Shown one piece after another: positions 24,693 to 35,800 of a stretch of 64,000 bases of DNA. The notes beneath the pieces were generated by a model. The model had not been told where the DNA came from. It saw only the letters and a list, made by a program, of their open reading frames with translations, and searched no databases. Position numbers and translations under genes: made by a program. Origin of the DNA: Felis catus (Eukaryota); assembly GCF_018350175.1 (NCBI RefSeq), contig NC_058377.1, positions 96,348,001 through 96,412,000 of the forward strand, written 5' to 3'. Position 1 is the first letter of the stretch, and every line of letters begins with the position of its first letter.

Positions 24693-25190
24693 TGAAGGCT
24701 CTGAAGTTTTACCCTAGTTATAAATGAACAGGTGTTATGGACGCTGGCAGAAGGCATGAGAATCCAGAGTCAGAGATAAAAGACAGCTTATTACTCAAAG
24801 AAGCAGCAGGAATCAGAGTAGCTGGTTTTGGCTCCCAAGTCCTGATTCCTATAGGGCAAATTGAAGAGTATCAACTGATGCTTGCACGTGCAGTGCGGTA
24901 TATTGCAGAAGAGGAAACCCAAGCTTAAGGAACATGATTCTTTTATGGTTAGCAGTAAGCCTGCCTGAACTTTGGCCCCAAGGGAGACATTATCCCTATT
25001 ATATTGAGTAATAAACCCACCCTTTGCTCCAGAGGGAAATACTATTGCTATCATTCAGGGCTGTTCACTCTACACGTGTGTGTGTGTGTGTGTGTATCTC
25101 CTTGAAGATAGCCTAGAACAAAGACAGTCAGTGCTCCTTTTTATAAGACAGGCAGAAACATGAGAGACCCAGAAAGAATCCTCTTGTGAC
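24693..25190 (-). mobile_element. LTR40-like ERV-L solo LTR within an old L1 fragment
   Basis: Reverse complement reads ...ctgggtctctcatgtttctg...gcactgactgtctttgttctaggctatctt..., resembling the recalled LTR40 consensus. Confidence 0.55.
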
Positions 25191-25425
25191 ATTGCTAAAT
25201 TCATTTATTAGCCCTAGCAGTGTCGGGTGAGGGATTTCTTTGAATTTTCAGTGTATACAATCATGTTGACTGTGAATAAAGATGATTTTCCTTCTTTTTC
25301 AATATTTCTAATTTTTTCTGTTCTTATTGCATTGCCTGGAACCTCCAGTGCAATGTTAACTAAACGTAGTGAAGGAGGACATTCTTGTTCTCAATCTTAG
25401 GAGGACCTACGTCACTCTCTCTCTC

Positions 25426-25621
25426 TTTTTACTTTCTTTTTTTAACGTCATCCATTTTTGAGAGCGAGCCAGAGAGAGAGACAGACAGACAGAATATGAA
25501 GCTGGCTCCAGGCTCTGAGCTGTCAGCACAGAGCCCAACACAGGGCTCAAACTCACAAACCAGAAGATCATGACCTGAGCCGAAGTCGGACGCCCAACTG
25601 ACTGAGCCACCCAGGCGCCCC
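25426..25621 (-). mobile_element. CAN-SINE
   Basis: Ends ...gagccacccaggcgcccc. Confidence 0.88.
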
Positions 25622-25818
25622 ACTCTTAGTCTTAAGTACAATGTCACTGTAAGTATTTTTATACTGCCCTTTCCCAGATAAGAGTTCCTTTGATTCCTAG
25701 TTTGCTGAGAGTTTCTCCATGAATGAGGGTTCAATTTTTGTCATGTTTTATACCTCTAGAGAAGATACAATTCTTTTAATTATTAATGTGACAAACTACA
25801 TTAAATTTTTTAAATGAT

Positions 25819-26270
25819 GGGGTGCCTGGGTGGCTCAGTCGGTTAAGTGTCCGACTTTGGCTCAGGTCATGATCTTGTGGTTTGTGAGTTCGAGCCCCAT
25901 GTCAGGCTCTGTGCTGACGGCTCAGAGCCTGGAGCCTGCTCCGGATTCTGTGTCTCCCTCTCTCTTTCTGCCCCTCCCCTGCCCATGCTCTGTCTCTCTC
26001 TCTCTTTCTCAAAAATAACTAAACATTAAAAAATTTTTTGGGGGGCGCCTGGGTGGCTCAGTCGGTTAAGCATCCGACTTCGGCTCAGGTCACGATCTCA
26101 CGGTCCGTGAGTTCCAGCCCCGCGTCGGGCTCTGTGCTGACAGCTCAGAGCCTGGAGCCTGTTTCAGATTCTGTGTCTCCCTCTCTCTCTGACCTTCCCC
26201 TGCTCATACTCTGTCTCTCTCTGTCTCAAAAATAAATAAAAACATTAAAGAAAAAATTAAAAAAAATTTT
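25819..26270 (+). mobile_element. Two tandem CAN-SINEs (second starts about 26041)
   Basis: Two heads and two A tails. Confidence 0.9.
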
Positions 26271-28059
26271 TTTTAAATATTAAGCCAAGGTCCTATTCCT
26301 GCAATAAGGCCCGCACAGTCATAATGCATCCTCAATTTATATATTGTTGGATTTGGTTCAGTATTAAGAATTTTGCATCTATTTTCGTGAGGAATATTGT
26401 GCTATAATTTTCTTTTTAGTATTGCATTGTTGGTTTTGGTATCAGAGTAATACTGACCTCTTAAATGTTTTTGGAAGTGTTCCTTATTTTTCTGAAAGGA
26501 AAATTTCCACATTTTGGCTATTGTGAATGATGCTGCTGCAAACACGGGCGTGCAAATATCTCTTCAAGAATCTGCTTTCAGTGCTTTTGAAAACATACCC
26601 GGAAGCAGAATTACTGGGCCAAATTTACTTCTATTTTTAATTGTTTGAGGAATCTCCGTATTGTCCACAGGGGCTGTACCATTTTACACTCCCACCCAAA
26701 GTGCGCAAGTGTTCCAATTTCTCCTTGCCGACATTTGTTTTCTGGTTTTTGGATAATTGCCATCCTCGTATTATTGGCATGGTATACACTTTTTCCGATT
26801 CTACTTTCAACCTTTTGTCTTTTTATTTAACGTGTCTCTTGCAATTACCGTATGCTTGAACCTTGCTGCTTTGTCCAGTCTGGTGATCTTTTAACTGGTC
26901 CTTCGTGATTACATTTTAATGTGATTATTGACATGGTTGGATTTCAGTCCGCTATCTTGCTGTTTTCTATTGCGCCATATGCTCTTTGTTCATTTTTTCC
27001 TTCCTGCCTGTCTTTTTTCAGATTAAGCATTATTTAGGATTATTTTTTATTACCTTTTTTGGCTTCTTGGTTATAGCTTTTGCTTTAAAAGAAATTGTTT
27101 GGTATAGAGCAATGCTCTCAGTGAAAAGTTCACAGTTCTTATCATGGTTGCTTTACAAGGACTCATGACCTGAGCCCTGCCTCTATCTCCAACCTTTCAC
27201 CCAAACCCCGCAAGCTCCAGCCATGTTAGATTTCTTCCCGTTTATTAATGTTCCACCTCGACCCTGACCTTCAAGGCCCTATCAAACACTTCCATCTGCT
27301 TCCACCATTCCACCCTCTCACTATCTAGCTAGGACTTACCCTTCAGAACTCAGCCATCACTTCCTAAGTGTTCATAGCAATTTTATGCGTGTGTAGGGCT
27401 TCCTATGTGGGGCCAACGCATGTGCCGGGGGTTGGCGGTGAATCTCCCTGCTGCATGCTTCCATGGCACTGGGTAACCTCGTTCTTAATAGTCGTCAGAT
27501 TTGTATGTCTGCCTTCCCAATCAACCACGCAGGCCCACTGTTAGTTTTGCTCATCATTGTACTCCAGCACGTTGCAGAGATCTGGCACAAAACAGGCATT
27601 CAATAAGAGTACTTATCAGAATTAAATAGAATATGACTTAAATGGGGACACAGAGGACCAACAAAGTCAGGAGAACCGCTTAAGGTCACAAGGGTAGTGG
27701 CAAGGCCAAAGAGAAGACCAGAAGTGGAGTGGGCAGAAGACAGCTCAGTCTTTCCAGCCATACTTGTGTTGAGTTAGCCTGCCGATTTCATGAGAAAGAG
27801 TTTTCCTACTCAAGGCTCTGCGCAGGCTGAGGCCTAGGTAGCTTCACTCACTGCCCAAGCACCGGAACGTCTAGGGTCCACGGCGGAGTTCAACAAATAT
27901 TCCAAGGAACGTCCGTAAAACAAACAAACAAAACGCTCCCAGGGGAAGGATGTTTTGAGGATGGCCTCGCCTTAACCTGGAAAGGCTGTTCCATGGGTGC
28001 AAACAGGCAGACATTTGCCAAGTAACCTCCGTGACTCTAACTGCTTCAAAATCGGGAAA

Positions 28060-28700
28060 CTGAGGCCGGGAGGCAGAGGGAGGGGCGTCTCTGCTTCGGC
28101 CGCGCCCCGGCGGGGGTCGGCACCGGGAGGGGCGGGGGCGGGGAGGGGGTCCCGGTGCTCCCGCTACACGGAAGCCGGGCGCCGGAGGGCGGGTCCGGGC
28201 GGAGGAAGAGGCCCCGGGGCGCACGGCTCCGCCGCGCCGGCGCCCGCCTCCCCAGCGCGGCTCCGGGGCTGCGGTCCCGCCTTGCAGGGCAGCCCTCCAC
28301 GCGGGCTCGGGGATCGTCCGCAGGCGCCCACGCCTCCGTCTCGCAGCCCCGGGCCGGCTCAAGCGTCCTCGTCCCGGAAGCTCCGTCGTCTCGTCTCGCG
28401 AGGCTCCGCCGCCCGCCCAGGCCTCGGCCGTCCCACCGCGGCGTCCGCCCCTGGCGCAACGCGGAGGCCCGGTGGCGCGACGGCCGGAGCCGCGGCCCTG
28501 CGCTCCCGCTCGGCCTCCGCCCGCGCCGCCCGTCCGCCGGCCTGCGCTGTCGCGGGGAGCGAGGTGAGCGCCCGGCAGAGCCCGGCCACTTGGGGAGGGG
28601 AGGCGCTGCGTGGAGCAGTGTTTAACCGCGGGAGCCCCCTGGGGTTCAGGGCCGCTGGCCGTCACCCGTCCCTTGCTTCAGGACTGGGAGACTGCGTGCG
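28060..28700 (+). promoter_or_regulatory. ACCS CpG-island promoter and non-coding first exon (donor GAG|gtgagc at 28563/28564)
   Basis: Very GC/CpG-rich, GC boxes at 28125-28149, ETS-like CCGGAAG near 28374, strong donor about 1 kb upstream of the first coding exon. Confidence 0.8.
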
Positions 28701-29079
28701 AGGAGCTGTAATAACACTTCACTGAACTGCGGCCATGAGCCAGGCTTTGTTCTAAGCGCTTTATCTACTTCTAGCCTCGCTGCTGCCCTGCTCGGCAGGT
28801 GAGGAAACTGCCTTACAAAGTGGAGGAGCTCACACCCGCTGGCAGGAGGTGACTGCCCTCCCTGGCACCTGCGCTTCCCTCCCTCTGGTGTGAAGACCGG
28901 CCCCTGGAGCTCTGCCCGGGTGCCTGCCTACACGTGGGAGACCCCCAGGCGTCCTTCCTTTAGTCCCCACCCATCATCCGCTCCAGACCACCAATTAATC
29001 TGTCCTTTACCCCAGCTGTCCTCAACCACCACAAGACCCCTGGGACTCCCCACTCTTTCTGCCTTTTTTGTTGTTGTTG

Positions 29080-29241
29080 TTTAAGTTTATTATTTACTTG
29101 GGGGAGGGGGCAGAGAGCGAGGGAGACAGAGACTCCCAAGCGGGCTCCACACTGTCAGCACGGAACCCACCAACCCTGAGATCATGACCTGAGCCAAATC
29201 AAGAGTCGGACACTTAACAGACTGAGCCACTCAGGTGCCCC
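29080..29241 (-). mobile_element. CAN-SINE with internal deletion, ACCS intron 1
   Basis: Reverse-complement SINE lacking part of the B-box region. Confidence 0.82.
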
Positions 29242-29591
29242 CAGGCTCCTTCTGCTTTAAGTCAGAAAGTTTTAACCTGATTTTTGGAAATCGAGGTCAG
29301 CAAGGATAGAAAAAGAACCTTGGTGACCCTTAGGCTGCAGAATGAACTCCCATAAGCTGTTGTCAGGTACAACCCCTGACACTGAATAGATCCTTAACAG
29401 AATTTACTTGTTGAAGGCTTTGCCCACATGGTTACAACCAGTAAGGGACACAGGAAGCGGGGAATGTATACATGTAAAGGAAGGGGCAGATGGAGAATGG
29501 GAAGGGTCTCGATTCCCAGTTATTTTCCCCTGCTACGAAAAGCCCTCGAACAGGTGCTCAGTGCTTTCAAATGCTTTTGTCTTTTTTGCAG

Positions 29592-29882
29592 ATGTTCACT
29601 CTGCCTCAGAAGGAATCCAACACGCCTACCACCTGTCCAGGCCCAGCCTCCACACAGGACCTGGACAGTAACCATGGGGATGGTCTGGAAAGAGAATGCT
29701 CTAGAAAACCAGACTGGAAGCTGCCAGAGTTCTGTGGAGTGGGTGATCCTACCGCCACAGCGTCCTCTGACAGCTCCCACCTATCCTCTAGAGGAAGCAT
29801 CATTAAATGGTTCTGGGACTCAGCTGAGGAGGGCTACCGGACCTACCACATGGATGAGTATGATGAGGATAAGAACCCCAGT
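29592..29882 (+). CDS. ACCS: ACCS coding exon 1 (MFTLPQK...DKNPS)
   Basis: ttttttgcag|ATG, donor AGT|gtgag, 291 nt. Confidence 0.93.
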
Positions 29883-32800
29883 GTGAGTGAAATCCCTATT
29901 CCCGCTGGAACCCAAGGTGGGATACCCTACCTTGACCACTAGGCAGGCGCCCCGCTTGCTCTGGTCAGGTTGGAGTTACAGTCCTCTGACCTCCAAGAAG
30001 GCTTCTGCTGTAGCTCAGAGAGTCCCCGGTTCATTGTCTGGATCAGAAAACGGCCCGTTAATGATTGAGGGGACCCTGATTTGTGAGGGAGGAGTTCAAG
30101 AATCATGGAGAGCTCCCCTGTGGATTCTGACCACAGTCCATCGACCATGCAACTTGAGAGCTGGGACATGACTAGAGGTCAGGCTGCAGCCGTCTCATTT
30201 AGGGGTTGTGTATTCTTGAACTAATTTATTTAATGTCTTCAAACGTCAGTTCCCCTCTAAGTTGAGATGATGATGTCTGTTCTATAGCAGAGTCACAATT
30301 AAATATGAGGTATGTTACTAGCACAGCACTACTGAATAGAGCATCCAGTACATGGTAGCTGCCATTATTACTATTCTCTGTCCCAATTAACCTGTTTTTG
30401 ATAATACCTTCAGAGAGCAGAGAGCTGTCACAAATAATCCTGTAATAATCTTTGTTAAGCATCTAATCAGGGGCAGGGCACTAGGTCCAGCGCACACTCA
30501 AGGCTTCTAATGAACAGAATATGGGGGTGTCACATCCTGCAAGAATCGGTCATAAAGTTTGTGGCTTCCCTCTTGGGTACTCACGATGTCTCGTCCTCTT
30601 TCTCGGACCTCCTGCCCTGGGGGAAGCCAGGTGCCCTTTCACGAGGCAGTGCTGTGGGGAATCCTGTGTGGCGAGGGACTGTGGCCTGCCAATAACCGTG
30701 TGAACGAGTCTGGAAGTGGATCCTTCCCCCAACAGAAGATCCTTTCTAGATGGGGTTCTGGGTGGGGGGCTTCCTGGAGGAGATGGCATTTGAATGGAGC
30801 TTTAGAAATGGGAAGACGGGACCAGGGAGCTGAGTGAAGGTAGGGCTCGAACAAGGGCAAGGAAGGGTGTTTGGAAGGGCAGGTTCACTCCAGCTTTGCT
30901 CTACTGCCTCCGTGTGCTCCTCGGGCCTTCTTTTGGGACCCCTCGGCTCTGTTGACCCTGCCTCCGTATCTCTGTCTCCAGGGCATCATTAACATGGGCA
31001 CCAGCGAGAACAAACTCTGCTTTGACCTGCTGTCCAGGCGGGTAAGTCCCGGTGCTCCTCTGGGTGGTATCACCAGTTCCCAGGGAACTCTCCTCTCTTG
31101 GACTTCCCCCGAATGCTTCCCTGACAAGAGCCTGCTGCTCACCTGAGGTCAGGAGACCCGGCTTCCACATCTGCCTCGGGGGCAACTTTCTCTGTGATCT
31201 TGGGCAAGTCACTTTCCTGTTCTGACCCTGCTTTTTGAAGGCCTCCTCCCCATACTTGGTGCCTCCTGCTGGCTGGGTCCCTACTCTGAGTGGGGAGCAC
31301 TCAGCAAGGTGAGGTCAGTATTTAACACCTGGCTCTGGGGTAAGGAGGACTCTGATTTGTGGCTTTTGCCAATTCCCATAGTGTAAATACTCCCACCGTG
31401 GCTGGTTTCAAGGTACGGATGTGACATCTCTGCAGACAACTTGGGAAAAGCGGTGTTAGAGGCACCCATGAGGTAGTGTCCCCACTGTCTAGACACATAG
31501 ATGGAAGTAACCTCGAGGGCACACATAAAAATGTAGTAACATAGGGGCGCCTGGGTGGCTCAGTCGGTTAAACGTCCGACTTCAGCTCAGGTCATGATCT
31601 CGCGGTCCGTGAGTTCGAGCCCCGCGTCGGGCTCTGTGCTGGCAGCTCAGAGCCTGGAGCCTGTTTCGGATTCTGTGTCTCCCTCTCTTTCTGACCCTCC
31701 CCTGTTCATGCTCTGTATCTCTGTGTCTCAAAAATAAATAAACATTAAAAAAAAAATTAAAAAAAAATGTAGTAACATAACCAGAAACGGTGATGTTTGA
31801 GTTATTACCTTGGTTTTTAATGCACTTTACTTATTTATACATTTATATAATTTAATTTTTTTAAATGACTTTTTTTTTTTTTAAACACAGCTTGTAAAAT
31901 TCCTGGAAACTTAATTAAGCAGATTTCTTGAGCTGGTATGAGCCCTCTCTGGCAAACCACTGGAAATACCTGGGAAATGTGTCTCCCAAGGCCACGGAGT
32001 CAGAGTTGGGGATTGTAGAGAGAGTGATGTCTAACCCAAAAGAACTTCTTTCCAGAGGTGACAAATCCAACACCTAAGGGAAGAGGAATGTAGGGAATGG
32101 GTTCAAAAGGCGCGTTCTCCCTGATGCCAGGTCCCCGCTGCACTGTCCAAAACAAATAAAATGTGAGCCACATATATAATTGAAACTTTTCTATTAGATA
32201 AGTAAAAAGAAACTGGTAGATTCATCTTAATAACATATTTAGCCAATTATATTAAAAAACAGGACCATTTCAACATGTAATCAATAGAAAAAAATGAGAA
32301 TATTTTGCATACTTTTTAAAAAAAAAATTTTTTTTAACGTTTATTTATTTTTGAGATAGAGACAGAGCATGAACGGGGGAGGGTCAGAGAGAGAGGGAGA
32401 CACAGAATCTGAAACAGGCTCCAGGCTCTGAGCTGTCAGCACAGAGCCCGACGCGGGGCTCGAGCTCACGGACCGCGAGATTGTGACCTGAGCCAAAGTC
32501 GCACGCTTAACCGACTGAGCCACCCAGGCGCCCCATTGCATACTGTTTTCATATCAAGCCTTCAAAATCCAGCATGTCTCCACTGAGGCTAGCCACATTC
32601 CGTGTGCTCTGTAGGCAGCTGTGGCTGACGGACTCCATACTGGACAGCCAGCTCTATGGGATCAGGGAGAGGGAAGAGGCTGGAGTTATATACAAGGGGC
32701 TGATTGCCCTTTTTCTTCGGGTCCTCCCCCCAAGACCCCTGCCTTTCCTTGACATTGTGTATGTGATGCCCTGGGAGTTCCTAACCCAGCACCTGGTCAT

Positions 32801-35800
32801 GGTGGGGATGGTCTAGACACAGCCACACTTTCCGGAGTGTAATGTTGAGCAGAGCCTGCAGGCCGAGTCCCTCCAGAAGTTGGAGCCAACACCGAAGTGA
32901 TGGCACCCGATTCTGGGACCCCTTCTGTCACCCCAGGGAGAAGCTGAGTAGCGCGATCTCCTGTCACGGCCTCCACAGATCCACCCCTCTGGGTTTTTTA
33001 GATGGCAGTGTTGTATAAAGAGCACTGGATTAGAAGGCAGACATTCTGGGTTTTGTCTCAGCTCTGCCACTTGCTAGCTCTGTGACCTTGGCTGAGTCAC
33101 CTCACTTTTTTGAGCCTCAGTTTCCTCATCTGCAGAACGGGCAGGAGAATGCTGTGCCTGTGCTGTGGCACAGTTTCTCTGATGAGCAGACCGAGCCCAG
33201 GCTTTAACAGCCCTGGTGCTGGGTGGATGCGGGTCAAGTGCTGGCGGTCACCCTGAGGATGCGTGGCCCTCAGTCCCGCTCTTCCCTCTGTCCCCAGCTG
33301 AGTCAGAGTGACATGCTGCGGGTGGAGCCATCTCTGCTGCAGTACCCTGACTGGAGGGGACATCCGTTGTAAGTAGTTGCCACGAGCCAGTGGTTCTCAG
33401 TCTGGGCTGGATTTGCTCCCCAGGGGACAAAGGACATCTGGAGACATCTTTAGTGGTCATAACTGGGTGGGGGGGGGCTGTCACTGGCATTTATCGGGTA
33501 GAGACAAGAGATGCTGCCAAGCCTCGTGCAATGCCCAGGGTAGCCCCCACAACAACTAGCCCGCCCAAAGGTGAGTGGGGCAGGTGGAGGGGGCCTGCCT
33601 CAGGCTGAGGGCCGGTCCCGGGGACCTGGCGATCGTGGGGTCTCCTGGAGTGTCCGCAGGGAACTCGTACCTCTGCCAGTCCCAGCCCAGCTCAGGAGCT
33701 CCCAGCTTGGCTTCCCTGGGTCTGAGGCGTGGGGAGGGCCTTCAGGCATGGGGTCTTTGTCCCTGCTTTCTTGGTAGTCTTAGAGGAACCAGAACTAGCA
33801 CTGGGGGCGAAGGGGGGCTGGCTAAGGCATTTTCCTCCTGGAAAGATGGGAGGTGGTACCTAATACTAATCGGAGTTTGTCCTCGTTGAGCACTTGCTAG
33901 GGGCCACCTGCTGTTCTAAGGACTTAGCGGCCAAGCAGGACTGGATTCCAAAGTGCAAGTTCTTCTAGTAATTAGGATGGTGGGTCCTAGAGACAGGCCA
34001 CTGGCATGAGTGTGGAGTCTGCCGCTTACCAGCAAGTGACTGATTTCCTTCAAGCCTCCGTTTCTTTGTCTGTAAAATGGGAATAATAATAATAACAGCA
34101 TCATAGAGTTGTCATGAAGATTAAATGAGTAAAATTCCCCCAAGTAACTCCTGCATCATGTAAATGCTCAATAACTGTTAGCAACAGTAACTATGATGAC
34201 AGTTATTGTTATAACAGTATTATCTGCTAGATTTACATGCAGATAGAGTGTTACTTTTGATATTCCTCCCCTCCCCTACCCCTGGATCCTACCCAGTCCA
34301 GCTGATCAGGTGGGTCGGGGGTCCTAGAACTACAGAGAAGGCAGGTTTTTATGCCTGTGGGTGGTGGTGGGGCGGGGGGCCCCGAGATGTGGAGGCAGCA
34401 CTGGCCTCACTGCCCTCGTGAGAAAGTGGAGAAGGATAGTGGCAGCTATCTGAAGATTCACCAGGGGACCTTTGGGATGGACTGTGGGTTGGGGACCCTC
34501 TGACAAGTGTCCATCTCTCTGTCCAAACTTTAGCCTCCGGGAGGAAGTGGCCAGATTCCTCTCTTTCTACTGCAAGAGCCCTGCACCCCTGAAACCAGAG
34601 AATGTGAGTAGCCCCCTCCTCTGCCTTCTGCTCTTCTGCCCACCTCCCCCAATTTTTGACTGGCCAGGGGTAAGGTAGGGCTGGGATCTGCCTTTCACTC
34701 AGTTTTGACTTGTTTCCAGGTGGAATTAGGAATACCCCCTCCCCCTTTCCTCCTCACCCTAGATATTTAGGATATAACTGGGATGTAATTTCTGCTCCAC
34801 TTGGTTCTGTGGTTCCTTGTTGCCTCGACACCTTTGGGCAAGACCCTCTAAGCGACCAGCTCCCTCTTCCTTGCTCTGTTGATCCAGAGCATCGACCAAA
34901 GAATAAGCCACACAAATGCACCTGGCTGTTAGTCAGGCGGGGCCTGTGGCTGCTTCTGGTGACTGTGCTGTGACAGAGCCCCAGAGGGCCCCGAGGTGGG
35001 GCCTGGCCGTCCCTCTGTGCCAGCCTGGATGCAGCCATAGGTCCTTGCTTCCACTTGCACAGGTTATTCATCTTTCTTGTGTGGATGTGTCACCCTCAGG
35101 TGGTGGTTCTGAACGGCTGTGCCTCTCTCTTCTCTGCTCTGGCCACAGTGCTGTGTGAGGTGGGGGGTAAGTAAACTGTGGGCTGCTCAACACTGGGGGC
35201 TGCCCTCCGCCTGCCGTGTCCACAGCCGCCTGTCTTTGCAGGCTGCACCGGAATGCTTTGGGCCATAGTAGACTGCTAGACGGCAGGGGGCGAATTAGCA
35301 CTTTGACAAGATACCGGATGTTGGCAGTTTCAGGGGAGGTCAACTGATGCCAGGGTTCTGGGCTTCTCTCTGCCATGACTTTGGTTTTTCCTGTCGTGTG
35401 ATGCTATGGCCTCCTTACGTGACAGTGTGTCCTAAGGCAGGAAGGAAGGGATGAGGTGGTGCCTTGCCTGTGTCTTTTTTATTGGGAGGGTGCAGGACTT
35501 TCCCAAAAGAGTCCCAGCAGGGCTCCCCTTAAGTCTTACTGGCCAGAACTGACTCTCAAACCCGTTCCTGAAGCAGTCCCTGAAAAACGGGATTAAGAAC
35601 CACGGTTGGCTTAAGCCAAACATGGTTTATCCTCAGGGGCTGGGGAAAGGCCATCTTTCCTTCCCTCCCACCTTCCTCGGACTTATTGCTGGCCATGTCT
35701 GGGAAATCTGATGCTCTCTTCGCAAGGAAGTTGGAGTGGCTGTTGAGTAGGCCACCGGCAGTGTCTGAAACAGGAGCCAAAGTCAGATTGAGAACGGGTC

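Larger units (their letters stand above)
24420..27060 (-). mobile_element. Degenerate L1M fragments between ACCSL and ACCS, interrupted by an LTR and SINEs
   Basis: gaacctccagtgcaatgtt, ttcctagtttgctgagagtt, ttttggtatcagagtaatactg, ggctattgtgaatgatgctgc. Confidence 0.6.

Noticed and set aside
27871-28725. Long overlapping ORFs (242-264 aa) on both strands at the ACCS promoter
   Set aside because: CpG-island artefact: G/R/P/A-rich, mostly non-ATG starts, no domain; stop codons are rare at this GC content
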